29,863 bases of DNA from Candidatus Saccharimonadota bacterium (GTDB lineage: Bacteria > Patescibacteriota > Saccharimonadia > Saccharimonadales > UBA4665). Made by a program: the position numbers and the translations under genes. This document shows positions 20,168-28,803 of the stretch, piece after piece. Position 1 is the stretch's first letter. Each line of letters opens with the position of its first letter. The stretch is from assembly GCA_029288335.1 (NCBI GenBank), contig JARIHJ010000053.1, positions 1 through 29,863 on the forward strand, given 5' to 3'. The notes beneath the pieces were generated by a model. That model had not been told where the DNA came from, made no database searches, and was given only the letters and a program-made list of their open reading frames with translations.

Positions 20168-21001
20168 ATGGTTATAGCAATACTGGCGATTTTGGGATTA
20201 GCCTGGGGCAGCTTTGTGAATGCGCTGGTCTGGCGCTTGCATGAGCAGGCTAGCAGTAAATCTCACGTGGCTAACTCTAAAGACCTGTCAATATTAAACG
20301 GTCGGTCGATGTGCCCGAATTGCCGGCACACGCTAGCGGTGCCAGATTTAGTCCCGCTCTTTAGTTGGCTGGCGCTAAGAGGGAAATGCCGCTATTGCCA
20401 TAAGCCGATTAGCGTTCAGTATCCGCTAGTTGAAGCGCTTACAGCGATTATCTTTATCGTTAGCTACTTATTGTGGCCGCTAACGCTCTCTGGAGCCGCT
20501 AGCTTGGCCATCTTCGGCCTCTGGCTAGCAATTGTCGTTCCGCTAATGGCGCTAGCGCTCTACGACCTCAAATGGGGCCTGTTGCCGAACTGGCTGGTCC
20601 TCGCTCTAGCAGTCATAGCCATAGTCCAGGCGATTGTAGCTATAGCCAGCGCTAGCGACCCGCTGAAATCTCTAGCTTATCACCTTATTGCCGTGGCTAT
20701 CGGCGGCGGGCTGTTTTATCTCATTTTCGTAATCTCTAACGGTAAATGGATAGGTGGTGGCGACGTCAAACTGGGATTAGTCCTAGGATTAATCGCCGCC
20801 ACGCCAGGCAAAGCTATTCTGCTGTTATTTCTAGCGGCGCTAGCTGGCACATTTGCTTCATTACCGCTACTAGTTACCAAAAAGCTCAAACGCTCTAGCT
20901 CTATCCCATTTGGCCCATTTCTTATCCTAGCTACGGTGTTAGTAGTATTATTCGGCCAGGCGATTATTAATTGGTATACCAGCCTGTTTACTTTGGGTTG
21001 A
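20168..21001 (+). CDS. pilD: Prepilin peptidase PilD (A24)
   Basis: GRSMCPNC...DLVPLFSW...GKCRYC zinc motif, YDLK and GGGDVKL catalytic Asp motifs, IPFGPFL. Confidence 0.96.
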   Translation: MVIAILAILGLAWGSFVNALVWRLHEQASSKSHVANSKDLSILNGRSMCPNCRHTLAVPDLVPLFSWLALRGKCRYCHKPISVQYPLVEALTAIIFIVSYLLWPLTLSGAASLAIFGLWLAIVVPLMALALYDLKWGLLPNWLVLALAVIAIVQAIVAIASASDPLKSLAYHLIAVAIGGGLFYLIFVISNGKWIGGGDVKLGLVLGLIAATPGKAILLLFLAALAGTFASLPLLVTKKLKRSSSIPFGPFLILATVLVVLFGQAIINWYTSLFTLG

Positions 21002-21014
21002 CAGAGAGCGCTTA

Positions 21015-21023
21015 TGCTATACT
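21015..21023 (+). promoter_or_regulatory. Extended -10 promoter of the minor pilin operon
   Basis: TG-c-TATACT ending 31 nt before ATG 21055. Confidence 0.55.
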
Positions 21024-21054
21024 GAAGCTAGTTAAAATCAGTAATTTAGCCAAA

Positions 21055-21897
21055 ATGAAAACAGTAAAAAAAGTGGGCGGCTATACCATCATCGAAGTAA
21101 TGATATTTCTGGCGGTGTCGGGGTTTATGTTTGTGCTAGCGGCGATATTCATCAGTGGCAAGCAGGCCAGTGTTTCCTACCGGCAGGGCATAACCGCGGC
21201 CGGCTCGGCGATGAGCGCGGTTGCTAACTCGGTCGCTAATGGCGAGTTCCCAAGCGTTGGCAATTTTACTTGCACGAGTAGTGGCGTGGGGCCTACTTTT
21301 ACAGTGGGGAATAAGAGCCAGGGTATGAACCGGGGCTGCATATTTTTGGGTAAAGCTGTGCAATTTAACCCCAACGGCGATCCGACCCAGTACAACACTT
21401 ATACGATAGCTGGCTGCCAGTTTAAGCAGTGCAGCACCACTTATAACGCCCAGCCATCACAATCACTGACTGATGCTATGCCGGTCGCGGTGATTAGTCC
21501 AATAGATTTGACGCAGACTAACGTGCTCGAGGACGGTTTGGCGTTTAGCCAAGCTTACCTCTGTAATAACGCTAGCTGCAGTTTACCGAATCCGCTAGAC
21601 CCTATCGGTGGGATCGTTTTCTTTGGCAGTTTTGGTAGCGTTGGTGCGGCCATACCTAATAGCGAATCTTCTGGGGCCCAGTCGGTATCTGTCGCCACGC
21701 TGCCGCCGGCAAATGGCGTCAACGCCATACGCTCCAGAATTGCCAACACCTCTGACTACACAGTTTTGACCAGTCAGCAGCACATCGTTATTTGCTTTAA
21801 GTATGGCAGTACGGATGGTGCGGTCACTATCGGTGGCAATAGCGGTCAAGTGGCCCAGACAAGCGTGACGTACGGTAAGGTGGCCCCATGCTCCTGA
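21055..21897 (+). CDS. Minor pilin 1
   Basis: MKTVKKVGG|YTIIEVMIFLAV class III signal. ATG 21055 is preferred over the track start at 20971. Confidence 0.85.
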   Translation: MKTVKKVGGYTIIEVMIFLAVSGFMFVLAAIFISGKQASVSYRQGITAAGSAMSAVANSVANGEFPSVGNFTCTSSGVGPTFTVGNKSQGMNRGCIFLGKAVQFNPNGDPTQYNTYTIAGCQFKQCSTTYNAQPSQSLTDAMPVAVISPIDLTQTNVLEDGLAFSQAYLCNNASCSLPNPLDPIGGIVFFGSFGSVGAAIPNSESSGAQSVSVATLPPANGVNAIRSRIANTSDYTVLTSQQHIVICFKYGSTDGAVTIGGNSGQVAQTSVTYGKVAPCS

Positions 21898-22376
21898 AAA
21901 AACTCCATCAGCGCGGAGACACAATTATCGAAGTAATGGTGGCATTGTCGGTGCTGGCGCTAGCTTTTGCCATTTCATACGCCACTGCGAGCCATGCGCT
22001 TCAGGAATCGCAAAACTCTCAAGAGCACAGCCAGGCGCTTCAGGTTATTGCCAGCCAGCTCGAACTAGCCCGGGAGGATGTAAATGATCCCGCGCTTTTT
22101 AATGCCAGTGGACCGTACTTCTGCCTGGGGACTAGTGGTGGTGGCAACCAAATTACGGTCAGCGCGCACTTTAGTAATCCAAACAGCGCGCCAAACTTTT
22201 GTCAGGTCAATCTCAATGGGCAGGTTTACTACACAGTCTATGTTCAGTACCAACCCACTCCTCTTAATGGCATCAATCAAGATATTTTTACCTTCAGTGT
22301 GTCGTGGCCGGGGATTGGTGATCTCGGCCAACAGCGCGAGCAATTGAGCTACAAGTTACACGAGGTAACCCCGTGA
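21888..22376 (+). CDS. Minor pilin 2 (PilV-like)
   Basis: QRG|DTIIEVMVAL signal with E5. Confidence 0.85.
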   Translation: MLLKKLHQRGDTIIEVMVALSVLALAFAISYATASHALQESQNSQEHSQALQVIASQLELAREDVNDPALFNASGPYFCLGTSGGGNQITVSAHFSNPNSAPNFCQVNLNGQVYYTVYVQYQPTPLNGINQDIFTFSVSWPGIGDLGQQREQLSYKLHEVTP

Positions 22377-23119
22377 AGTACCAACTGAGGCCTAGCAGAC
22401 TGACCAGAACCAAAGGCTTTACGATTATCGAGCTGATGATCGCATTGTCAGTTTTGTCGGTGTTGCTACTCATTAGCGCGTTGACACTAATGCGGCTCGG
22501 TTACATCTATGTAAAGGGGAATAACCAGGCGAATGTGCAAAACAGTGCGAGAAATATCGTGAATGATGTATCGTCCCAGCTGATGCTGGGCGGGGCTGTG
22601 CCAGATCTCAGCCACGAGAGCCAGGGTTACTTTTGCATAGGCACGACGCGTTATAACTTTGTCATTGGCAAGCAGGTTAATTCTAATCCGACTGGCTATC
22701 AAACAGAACACGCCCTCTGGCGCGATACGATGCAAAGTGCTGGTGCGTGCCCGCCATTGTCTCTAACTAGCTCTAACCCCAGCGACGGACTAACTGTTCC
22801 CGGCAGTGGGCAGGAGCTAGTCCCCCAGAATATGCGTCTGACCGAATTTAGCATCAAACCTATAACTAACAGCGCCGGCTTTTATGAGGTCACGGTCGGG
22901 GTAGCTTATGGGGACGACGACTTACTCTGTGTTCGCGGTGCTAGTCTGGGTCGTGGTAGTGACTGTGATAGCAACCAAATTAGTGCCAACCCAAACGGGC
23001 ACGCTAGGAATTTGCAAAATCCTAGCGGCCAAGTCGGTTGCATCGGTAATGTTGGCCAGCAGTTTTGTGCTGTCAGTGACCTAAACGTAAATGTTGCGCG
23101 CCGACTACAAGCCGGGTAA
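22373..23119 (+). CDS. Minor pilin 3 (PilW-like)
   Basis: TKG|FTIIELMIAL signal with E5. Confidence 0.87.
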   Translation: MKYQLRPSRLTRTKGFTIIELMIALSVLSVLLLISALTLMRLGYIYVKGNNQANVQNSARNIVNDVSSQLMLGGAVPDLSHESQGYFCIGTTRYNFVIGKQVNSNPTGYQTEHALWRDTMQSAGACPPLSLTSSNPSDGLTVPGSGQELVPQNMRLTEFSIKPITNSAGFYEVTVGVAYGDDDLLCVRGASLGRGSDCDSNQISANPNGHARNLQNPSGQVGCIGNVGQQFCAVSDLNVNVARRLQAG

Positions 23120-23144
23120 AATTAGGGAAATATCCATAAACATA

Positions 23145-24632
23145 ATGAAACTAACAAACAGATTGAAACTAAACACCGACCAGCGCGGTTTTGCGGCTCT
23201 AATCATTGCGATTATCCTGGTAATCGTGCTCAGCTTGCTGACGATTGGGTTTGCCGAGCTGATGCGCCATTCCCAGCAGGATGAGCTGAACCGACACTTA
23301 TCGGACCAAGCTTACTACGCCGCCGAAAGTGGGGTTAATGATGCGGTCAGAGCGATTCAAAACGGTTTTCAGCAGCAGAAGAACCAATGTGGCCCTGTGG
23401 GTAACGGTCCCGGAGATGATTCTTCCCTCGTTGGTGTAGCTGGGGCTCAGTATTTGACCGACAACTATGCCGATACTACGAATTCGGCACAGAATTCACC
23501 TCAGTGGACTTGCTTACTAATTAACCCGATTCCGCAGTCGCTGGCTTTTAACCCAGTTGACACTGTTACCCCCCAAGTTTTCGTCGTACAGCCGGTCACT
23601 CCTTCAGATCAGCCTACATTGATGAACCAGCTGGATATTTATTGGCAGGGGACCGACAGTTCCACTAATTTCCGGGCTACCCAATATAGCTCGGCTTCAG
23701 CTAATAGCGCTTTTCCGGCCGCGAGTGGGTCAAATCCGCTGTGGAATTCAATTGGTATGCTGCGCTTCAGCATTACGCCCCTAGCTTCGGTAACTCGTCA
23801 AGCGCTGGTAGATGATACTTACACGTCCTACTTTTATCCTAATCGTGACAATTCAACTGGCCGATTTGGTACTGGTGGTTTTGCAGGGGGAGGTGGTAAT
23901 TGGGGCCAGCAGGGAGAGGTTATTAACGGCCACTGCAACGGGGGCAGTACGCCGCGTTACTGTCACGTCAGAGTTACCGGCATACCGACTATTTTAGGGG
24001 AACAATATGCTGTCAGTCTGAGGTCAATTTATGGCGCAACCAATGTTTATATTCAGGGCAGTTACAATGGCAGCCAAATTAACTTTGCCGGCGTTTCGAC
24101 GCTAATCGACTCAACCGGCCGTTCGCAGAACGTACTGAGGCGGTTGCAAGTGTGGGTGCCTGACCGCAACAGTTATCCGTTGCCGGGGTTTGTGGCAGAA
24201 TCCACCGGCGGCATCTGCAAGCAAATCTCCGTTGTGCCGGGTAGCATTACTGGATGTGGCCTAGTAGGGAATGGTGGTGGCGGTGGTTCTCCAGGCGGCG
24301 ACATTGCTGGCGGTGGCAATAACCCATCTCCTCCTGGTCCCCCTAACAGAACGTATCCGCTTAGCTGGGTTCGGCGCTTCCATGTTATACAAGCACCGGC
24401 TAATGTGCAGTACTGCATTTGGAACTTCGGTGATGGTACCACTAAACGTTATAATGGCTCTGATTGCGAACCGTTTGCCGTAACAGTTACACACCCCTAT
24501 CCGCACCCGCCGGACCAATGTACTCATTACAATGTTAATGTGATCTTTTATTACCCGGGTGGCGCCTACGCTGCTGCTCCATATGGCACGTATGTGCCAT
24601 ATAACGGTAATCCGCCCGCACCAAGCTGTTAG
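23145..24632 (+). CDS. PilX-like large minor pilin with C-terminal PKD-like domain
   Basis: QRG|FAALIIAII (no E5) and QAYYAAESGVNDA are PilX hallmarks. Gly/Pro linker, then IWNFGDGTT...TVTHPY. ATG 23145 preferred. Confidence 0.82.
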   Translation: MKLTNRLKLNTDQRGFAALIIAIILVIVLSLLTIGFAELMRHSQQDELNRHLSDQAYYAAESGVNDAVRAIQNGFQQQKNQCGPVGNGPGDDSSLVGVAGAQYLTDNYADTTNSAQNSPQWTCLLINPIPQSLAFNPVDTVTPQVFVVQPVTPSDQPTLMNQLDIYWQGTDSSTNFRATQYSSASANSAFPAASGSNPLWNSIGMLRFSITPLASVTRQALVDDTYTSYFYPNRDNSTGRFGTGGFAGGGGNWGQQGEVINGHCNGGSTPRYCHVRVTGIPTILGEQYAVSLRSIYGATNVYIQGSYNGSQINFAGVSTLIDSTGRSQNVLRRLQVWVPDRNSYPLPGFVAESTGGICKQISVVPGSITGCGLVGNGGGGGSPGGDIAGGGNNPSPPGPPNRTYPLSWVRRFHVIQAPANVQYCIWNFGDGTTKRYNGSDCEPFAVTVTHPYPHPPDQCTHYNVNVIFYYPGGAYAAAPYGTYVPYNGNPPAPSC

Positions 24633-25549
24633 GTTGTCTTGTGGTGGAATTTTTCGTGAACGGCTTTTAGATGCGGATCGGTGACGTGGGTGTAGATCTG
24701 CGTGGTTGAAATGTTGGAATGGCCCAGCATCGCCTGAACAGAGCGTAAATCGGCTCCATTCATCAGTAAATCGGTCGCAAATGAGTGGCGAAGGGTGTGA
24801 GGATGGACGGCTTTAGTGATGCCAGCGAGTAGAGCGTAGCGGGCGACTAAGCGCTGGATACTGCGCGCCGTTAGCCGGCTATAATTACCCGTCTGGTCAG
24901 TGTGCTTTTTGCTTTTTTGATGACGAATAAACAACGGAGTGGCGTTATCCTCACGCTTATCAAGATAGCGTTGAATCCAGTCGGCGGCTTCCTCGCTAAT
25001 GAAAATAGGTCGATCCTTTTGGCCCTTGCCGCGAACCATAAATTCGCGCCGCTTGAGGTTAATGTGACCTTTGTCCAAGCTAACTAATTCGCTGACACGC
25101 AAGCCGCTAGAGAAGAGTAATTCCAGAATTGCGCGGTCGCGTAGGCCGGCTAGCTTGACTACGTCTGGCTGGGCGAATAGACGCTCGAGCTCATCTTCGT
25201 TTAGGAACGTGACTTGCTTGCGCCTAACGCGTGCTAGTTCGATTTTGTCAGCCGTAAGTGCCGGAATATCGCGCTTGGCGCAGAATTTCAGGAAGCCCCT
25301 CAGTGCGATTAAGTGGTAGTTGCTGGTCGATTTATCTAGCTCGTCGGCGCGATCACTCCCGAGTCGGTTTAGCCAGAGGCGCCACTTGCGGATGAGTTCC
25401 GGAGTGATATCCGCGACAGTTAGCTCGTTGCCGGCAAAATCGATTAGCCGGTTCAGATAATGGTCGTAATTTTCGATGGTTTTTTGGGACCGGTTTTGCT
25501 CAATCTCCAGGTATTCTAGAAAATCGGTCTTAGCTTTTGAAAAAAGCAT
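24629..25549 (-). CDS. xerD: Xer-family tyrosine recombinase
   Basis: N-terminal SAM-like domain, LFSSGLRVSEL, RGKGQKDR, HPHTLRHSFAT and LGHSNISTTQIYTH. XerC versus XerD cannot be resolved by eye. Confidence 0.88.
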   Translation of the reverse strand: MLFSKAKTDFLEYLEIEQNRSQKTIENYDHYLNRLIDFAGNELTVADITPELIRKWRLWLNRLGSDRADELDKSTSNYHLIALRGFLKFCAKRDIPALTADKIELARVRRKQVTFLNEDELERLFAQPDVVKLAGLRDRAILELLFSSGLRVSELVSLDKGHINLKRREFMVRGKGQKDRPIFISEEAADWIQRYLDKREDNATPLFIRHQKSKKHTDQTGNYSRLTARSIQRLVARYALLAGITKAVHPHTLRHSFATDLLMNGADLRSVQAMLGHSNISTTQIYTHVTDPHLKAVHEKFHHKTT

Positions 25550-25595
25550 AAGCTAATTGTACAACATTGTGCGACGTGAAACTAGCAGATTTATC

Positions 25596-25604
25596 TGTTA
25601 TAAT
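25596..25604 (+). promoter_or_regulatory. Extended -10 promoter of ndk
   Basis: TG-t-TATAAT, with AAGGA SD before ATG 25631. Confidence 0.65.
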
Positions 25605-25630
25605 GAATGTAAGATTAAATAAGGAACATA

Positions 25631-26212
25631 ATGCAGGAACGTACGCTCATCATTCTTAAACCTGATGCCGTCCAGCGCGGCCTAATCGGTGATATTATTG
25701 GTCGTTTTGAGAAAATGGGTTTAAAAATTGTTGGTGCAAAATTTTTCGTCCCGACAACTGAATTGCTAAACAAACATTATCCTGTCGACCGCGAAGATTT
25801 CATTACGGGTATGGGGCAGAAGACACTTGATAACTATCGGGAACTGGGCTTGGATCCAAAACATTACTTTGGCACTGACGATGCCAACAAGATAGGTTTG
25901 GTAGTGCAAAAATGGCTAGTCGATTTTATGATTTCGGCACCGGTTATGGCGGTGGTTCTAGAGGGCCCGCACGCTATAGAGCTAGTTCGCAAGGTCCGCG
26001 GCCATACCTTGCCACTCAAAGCTGACCCGGGCACTATTACTGGCGATTATTCGTTTGATTCGTCGTCGCTGGCAAATAGCGAGCAGCGCCCTATTCGTAA
26101 CCTCGTACACGCCTCCGGCAATAAAAAAGAGGCGGAATTTGAGATCGATCTCTGGTTTAAGCCAGATGAACTTTTTGATTACAGCACCGCTCATTTACCC
26201 GTAAAGGGCTAA
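25631..26212 (+). CDS. ndk: Nucleoside diphosphate kinase
   Basis: ERTLIILKPDAVQRGLIGDII, PGTITGDY and RNLVHAS (phospho-His). Confidence 0.95.
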   Translation: MQERTLIILKPDAVQRGLIGDIIGRFEKMGLKIVGAKFFVPTTELLNKHYPVDREDFITGMGQKTLDNYRELGLDPKHYFGTDDANKIGLVVQKWLVDFMISAPVMAVVLEGPHAIELVRKVRGHTLPLKADPGTITGDYSFDSSSLANSEQRPIRNLVHASGNKKEAEFEIDLWFKPDELFDYSTAHLPVKG

Positions 26213-26236
26213 CTAGTCTGTTAAACTGGGTTTATT

Positions 26237-26311
26237 GTCCCCATAGTTCAATGGATAGAATAACTCCGTCCTAAGGAGCAGATAGCGGTTCGAATCCGTT
26301 TGGGGATACCA
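26237..26311 (+). tRNA. tRNA-Arg(CCT)
   Basis: Acceptor GTCCCCA/TGGGGAT, anticodon CCT at 26270-26272, T arm AGCGG-TTCGAAT-CCGTT, encoded CCA. Confidence 0.92.
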
Positions 26312-26341
26312 GTTAGCTTGATAAATTGCTAGAATTATCCT

Positions 26342-26923
26342 ATGGCCGATGAAACAGAAATCGAAGAAGAACCTGGCGATCAGAAACCGGTAAAATACTT
26401 TGCCGACCAGTTTGACGACGAGGAAGTGCTGTACGTTTTTCGTAAGCACCCGGTGGTTATGCGTCGCGGGTTGATTTTGGGCCTGCTCGGGCCGGTGCTG
26501 GGTGTAATTCCATCGGCTGTTGACCCAAACATCGGCTTCGGCTGGTTTTTCGGCGGGCTGGCACTAGGAATCTTGGCTGGAGCTATCGTCTACACTCCTT
26601 GGTGGATCACTTGGTATTTTAGCGTTTTTATTATTACTGATCAGCGTTTTATCGAGATTCACCAAAAAGGTTTATTCAAAAAACGTGTCAACGACATCAA
26701 CCTGAACCAAATTCAGGCCGTAAGTTATGACGTGAATGGCATTACCGAAACGCTTCTCGGCTTTGGTACAATTAGGATGCGCAGTTATATCGGCGAGGTG
26801 GTTATTACCCAGGTTCACCATCCCGAAAAAGTTAAGCAAAAATTAGTCAGCCTGCTGCGTTTGCAGGCGCCCACACCGAGTAGTTATGCCTTTGAAGAGA
26901 ATGAAGTTAGCGAAGAAGTCTAA
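26342..26923 (+). CDS. PH-domain (bPH-type) membrane protein
   Basis: FRKHP motif, two TMs, FIITDQRFI, and LLGFGTI typical of bacterial PH domains. Confidence 0.75.
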   Translation: MADETEIEEEPGDQKPVKYFADQFDDEEVLYVFRKHPVVMRRGLILGLLGPVLGVIPSAVDPNIGFGWFFGGLALGILAGAIVYTPWWITWYFSVFIITDQRFIEIHQKGLFKKRVNDINLNQIQAVSYDVNGITETLLGFGTIRMRSYIGEVVITQVHHPEKVKQKLVSLLRLQAPTPSSYAFEENEVSEEV

Positions 26924-27953
26924 GCCCAAGTCGGAGCAAAAATCGGCGGGGGCGGCTAGCTCTGCGCCAGTTACCAATAAGACGGTGGAAGAGCACCGCA
27001 GCGAAATTATCGGTAAGGCGCGCAAATACATCTATCCAACTCGCACTAAGCGTCATATTGTTGTAGTATCAACCTCGATCATACTAGCCGCGATCGTGAT
27101 TTTTCTAATCGTTTGCGGATTTTTACTCTATAAATTTCAGAACACTTCGACCTTTATTTACCGCGTGACCCAGATAGTGCCTTTTCCGGTAGCTCGGGCC
27201 GATGGCCACTTTGTCAGCTACGAGAACTATCTCTTCGAAATCCGCCACTACACCCATTATTACCACTATCGTAGCCAGCAGCCGGTAGATTTTAGCAGTC
27301 AATCGGGGCAGGACCAGTTGAACCATTACGAGCATCAGGCGCTAAATCAGGTGGTGGACTACGCTTACGCAAAGCAACTAGCCAAAGAACACAATATTTC
27401 AGTCACCTCGCAAGAGGTTGACCAAAAACTAAATGATATCCGCGAGCGCGGTTTGCTCGGTCGCAGCGAGCAGCAGCTGCAAGAAGTGCTGGAGCAAACT
27501 TTCGGCTGGTCGCTCAGTGATTACCGCCGTGAGCTGCAACAGGAGCTATTATTACAAAAAATTTCATCAGTGCTTGATGTGAGCGCTCACCAGAGGGCAC
27601 AGCTGGTTTTGAGCGACCTAAGTCACGGTGTTAGCTTTGCCGACCTCGCTGCCAAATATTCTGACGATAAATCCACGGCAGGTAATGGCGGCCAATATCC
27701 GGAGTTAATTACGGATAAGACAACTGATCTGCCGCCGGAATTAGTCGCCGCGGCCTTTAGCCTCAAGCAGGGTCAAACTTCAGGCGTTATCGACACGGGT
27801 TATTCTCTAGAGATTATTCAGTTGGTAGCTCAGAAGGGCGACCAGCTTCAGCTAGCCCATATCCAGATTAACCTAGAGCCGGCTAGCTATTACATCAAGC
27901 CCATAGAACAGAAAAATCCACCGACTTACTACATTACTTTGCCAAAAAGCTAG
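26901..27953 (+). CDS. PrsA/SurA-like membrane-anchored foldase (parvulin PPIase)
   Basis: One TM, SurA-N-like helical region, and SFADLAAKYSDDKSTAGNGG...AAFSLKQGQTSGVIDTGYSLEII parvulin motif. Confidence 0.85.
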   Translation: MKLAKKSKPKSEQKSAGAASSAPVTNKTVEEHRSEIIGKARKYIYPTRTKRHIVVVSTSIILAAIVIFLIVCGFLLYKFQNTSTFIYRVTQIVPFPVARADGHFVSYENYLFEIRHYTHYYHYRSQQPVDFSSQSGQDQLNHYEHQALNQVVDYAYAKQLAKEHNISVTSQEVDQKLNDIRERGLLGRSEQQLQEVLEQTFGWSLSDYRRELQQELLLQKISSVLDVSAHQRAQLVLSDLSHGVSFADLAAKYSDDKSTAGNGGQYPELITDKTTDLPPELVAAAFSLKQGQTSGVIDTGYSLEIIQLVAQKGDQLQLAHIQINLEPASYYIKPIEQKNPPTYYITLPKS

Positions 27954-27957
27954 AGAG

Positions 27958-28032
27958 TGGTGCGGGTGGGGGGAGTCGAACCCCCGTCTCGACCTTGGGA
28001 AGGTCACATAATGGCCGTTATACGACACCCGC
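27958..28032 (-). tRNA. tRNA-Gly(CCC)
   Basis: Acceptor GCGGGTG/CACCCGC, loop TTCCCAA, T arm GGGGG-TTCGACT-CCCCC, encoded CCA. Confidence 0.93.
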
Positions 28033-28036
28033 TTAG

Positions 28037-28492
28037 CTATCCCATAATAACAGGAATTGTTTGGTTTTTAGGCGGTTTGTACTCTGGGCTGTGGGCCTCT
28101 ATAAATTGAAGCTCAGTCTCAACCCATTCTTCTCTATTGCGGTGCAATATATTGTGCCGACAAGCTTCAGGATCATTTGCAAAATAGGTACGCACTATGG
28201 CAACCTGCGGAAATTCAGTCTGCATCACCTGGGCTACCAACACTTCTTCACTCGCTAAACAGTACCGAATATCGGCAATGGCTACGTTTTTGCCTTGCTC
28301 TATATCTGCCTTTAAGTCCAAATAGTTGGGGCTGGTGCGCGGGTTAGACTTATCTTCTTCCGGAGCACCTTTTTGGTAATCGTCGAAATAGCTATCGATG
28401 GCGCCCTCAGCCAAACGCCGCTTCAGATATGTTGTCTTGCCTGATCCGGGGAGACCAATGATGATTTCGAGTATTTGGCTCTCTTTGTTCAT
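28037..28492 (-). CDS. Small P-loop NTPase/kinase-like protein
   Basis: IIIGLPGSGKTT Walker A, followed by a VAIAD Walker B-like strand. Confidence 0.8.
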   Translation of the reverse strand: MNKESQILEIIIGLPGSGKTTYLKRRLAEGAIDSYFDDYQKGAPEEDKSNPRTSPNYLDLKADIEQGKNVAIADIRYCLASEEVLVAQVMQTEFPQVAIVRTYFANDPEACRHNILHRNREEWVETELQFIEAHSPEYKPPKNQTIPVIMG

Positions 28493-28508
28493 AATTACCG
28501 TATGAAAT

Positions 28509-28584
28509 TGGAGCCACCTAGCAGGATCGAACTGCTGACCTACGCGTTACGAATGCGTCGCTCTACCAACTGAGCTAAGGTGGC
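28509..28584 (-). tRNA. tRNA-Thr(CGT)
   Basis: Acceptor GCCACCT/AGGTGGC, D arm GCTC-AGTTGGTA-GAGC, loop TTCGTAA, encoded CCA. Confidence 0.95.
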
Positions 28585-28596
28585 AAGCACGGATAA

Positions 28597-28605
28597 ATTA
28601 TAACA
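28597..28605 (-). promoter_or_regulatory. Extended -10 promoter of tRNA-Thr
   Basis: TG-t-TATAAT on the minus strand, ending 12 nt before the tRNA 5' end. Confidence 0.65.
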
Positions 28606-28704
28606 AACGACTCATCTAATGACGCGCTATCCAATGAAGCGACTCATAGCTAGCAGAATGAACCTTTTCCAATAGTGGTAATATTTGCGCTAGCTCGGCC
28701 ATCC

Positions 28705-28713
28705 TGCTACAAT
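28705..28713 (+). promoter_or_regulatory. Extended -10 promoter of tRNA-Asp
   Basis: TG-c-TACAAT ending 12 nt before the tRNA 5' end. Confidence 0.65.
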
Positions 28714-28725
28714 CACCTCTGTTGC

Positions 28726-28803
28726 GGGCTCGTAGTGAAGTAGGCCTATCACGTCTCCCTGTCACGGAGAAGATCGCCGGTTCGAATCCGGTCGGGCCCG
28801 CCA
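28726..28803 (+). tRNA. tRNA-Asp(GTC)
   Basis: Acceptor GGGCTCG/CGGGCCC, anticodon arm TCTCC-CTGTCAC-GGAGA, T arm GCCGG-TTCGAAT-CCGGT, G73, CCA. Confidence 0.95.

Noticed and set aside
24629-25549. Xer gene as a mobile-element integrase or pilin-shuffling invertase
   Set aside because: It looks like the housekeeping XerC/D type. I saw no flanking repeats, att sites or silent pilin cassettes.
26263-26279. tRNA-Arg(CCT) as a pseudo-tRNA (A-C mismatch atop the anticodon stem, purine at position 32)
   Set aside because: The other arms and CCA are intact; such deviations alone do not show loss of function.
26213-26449. 78-aa minus-strand ORF
   Set aside because: It is the antisense of tRNA-Arg and of the start of the PH-domain gene.
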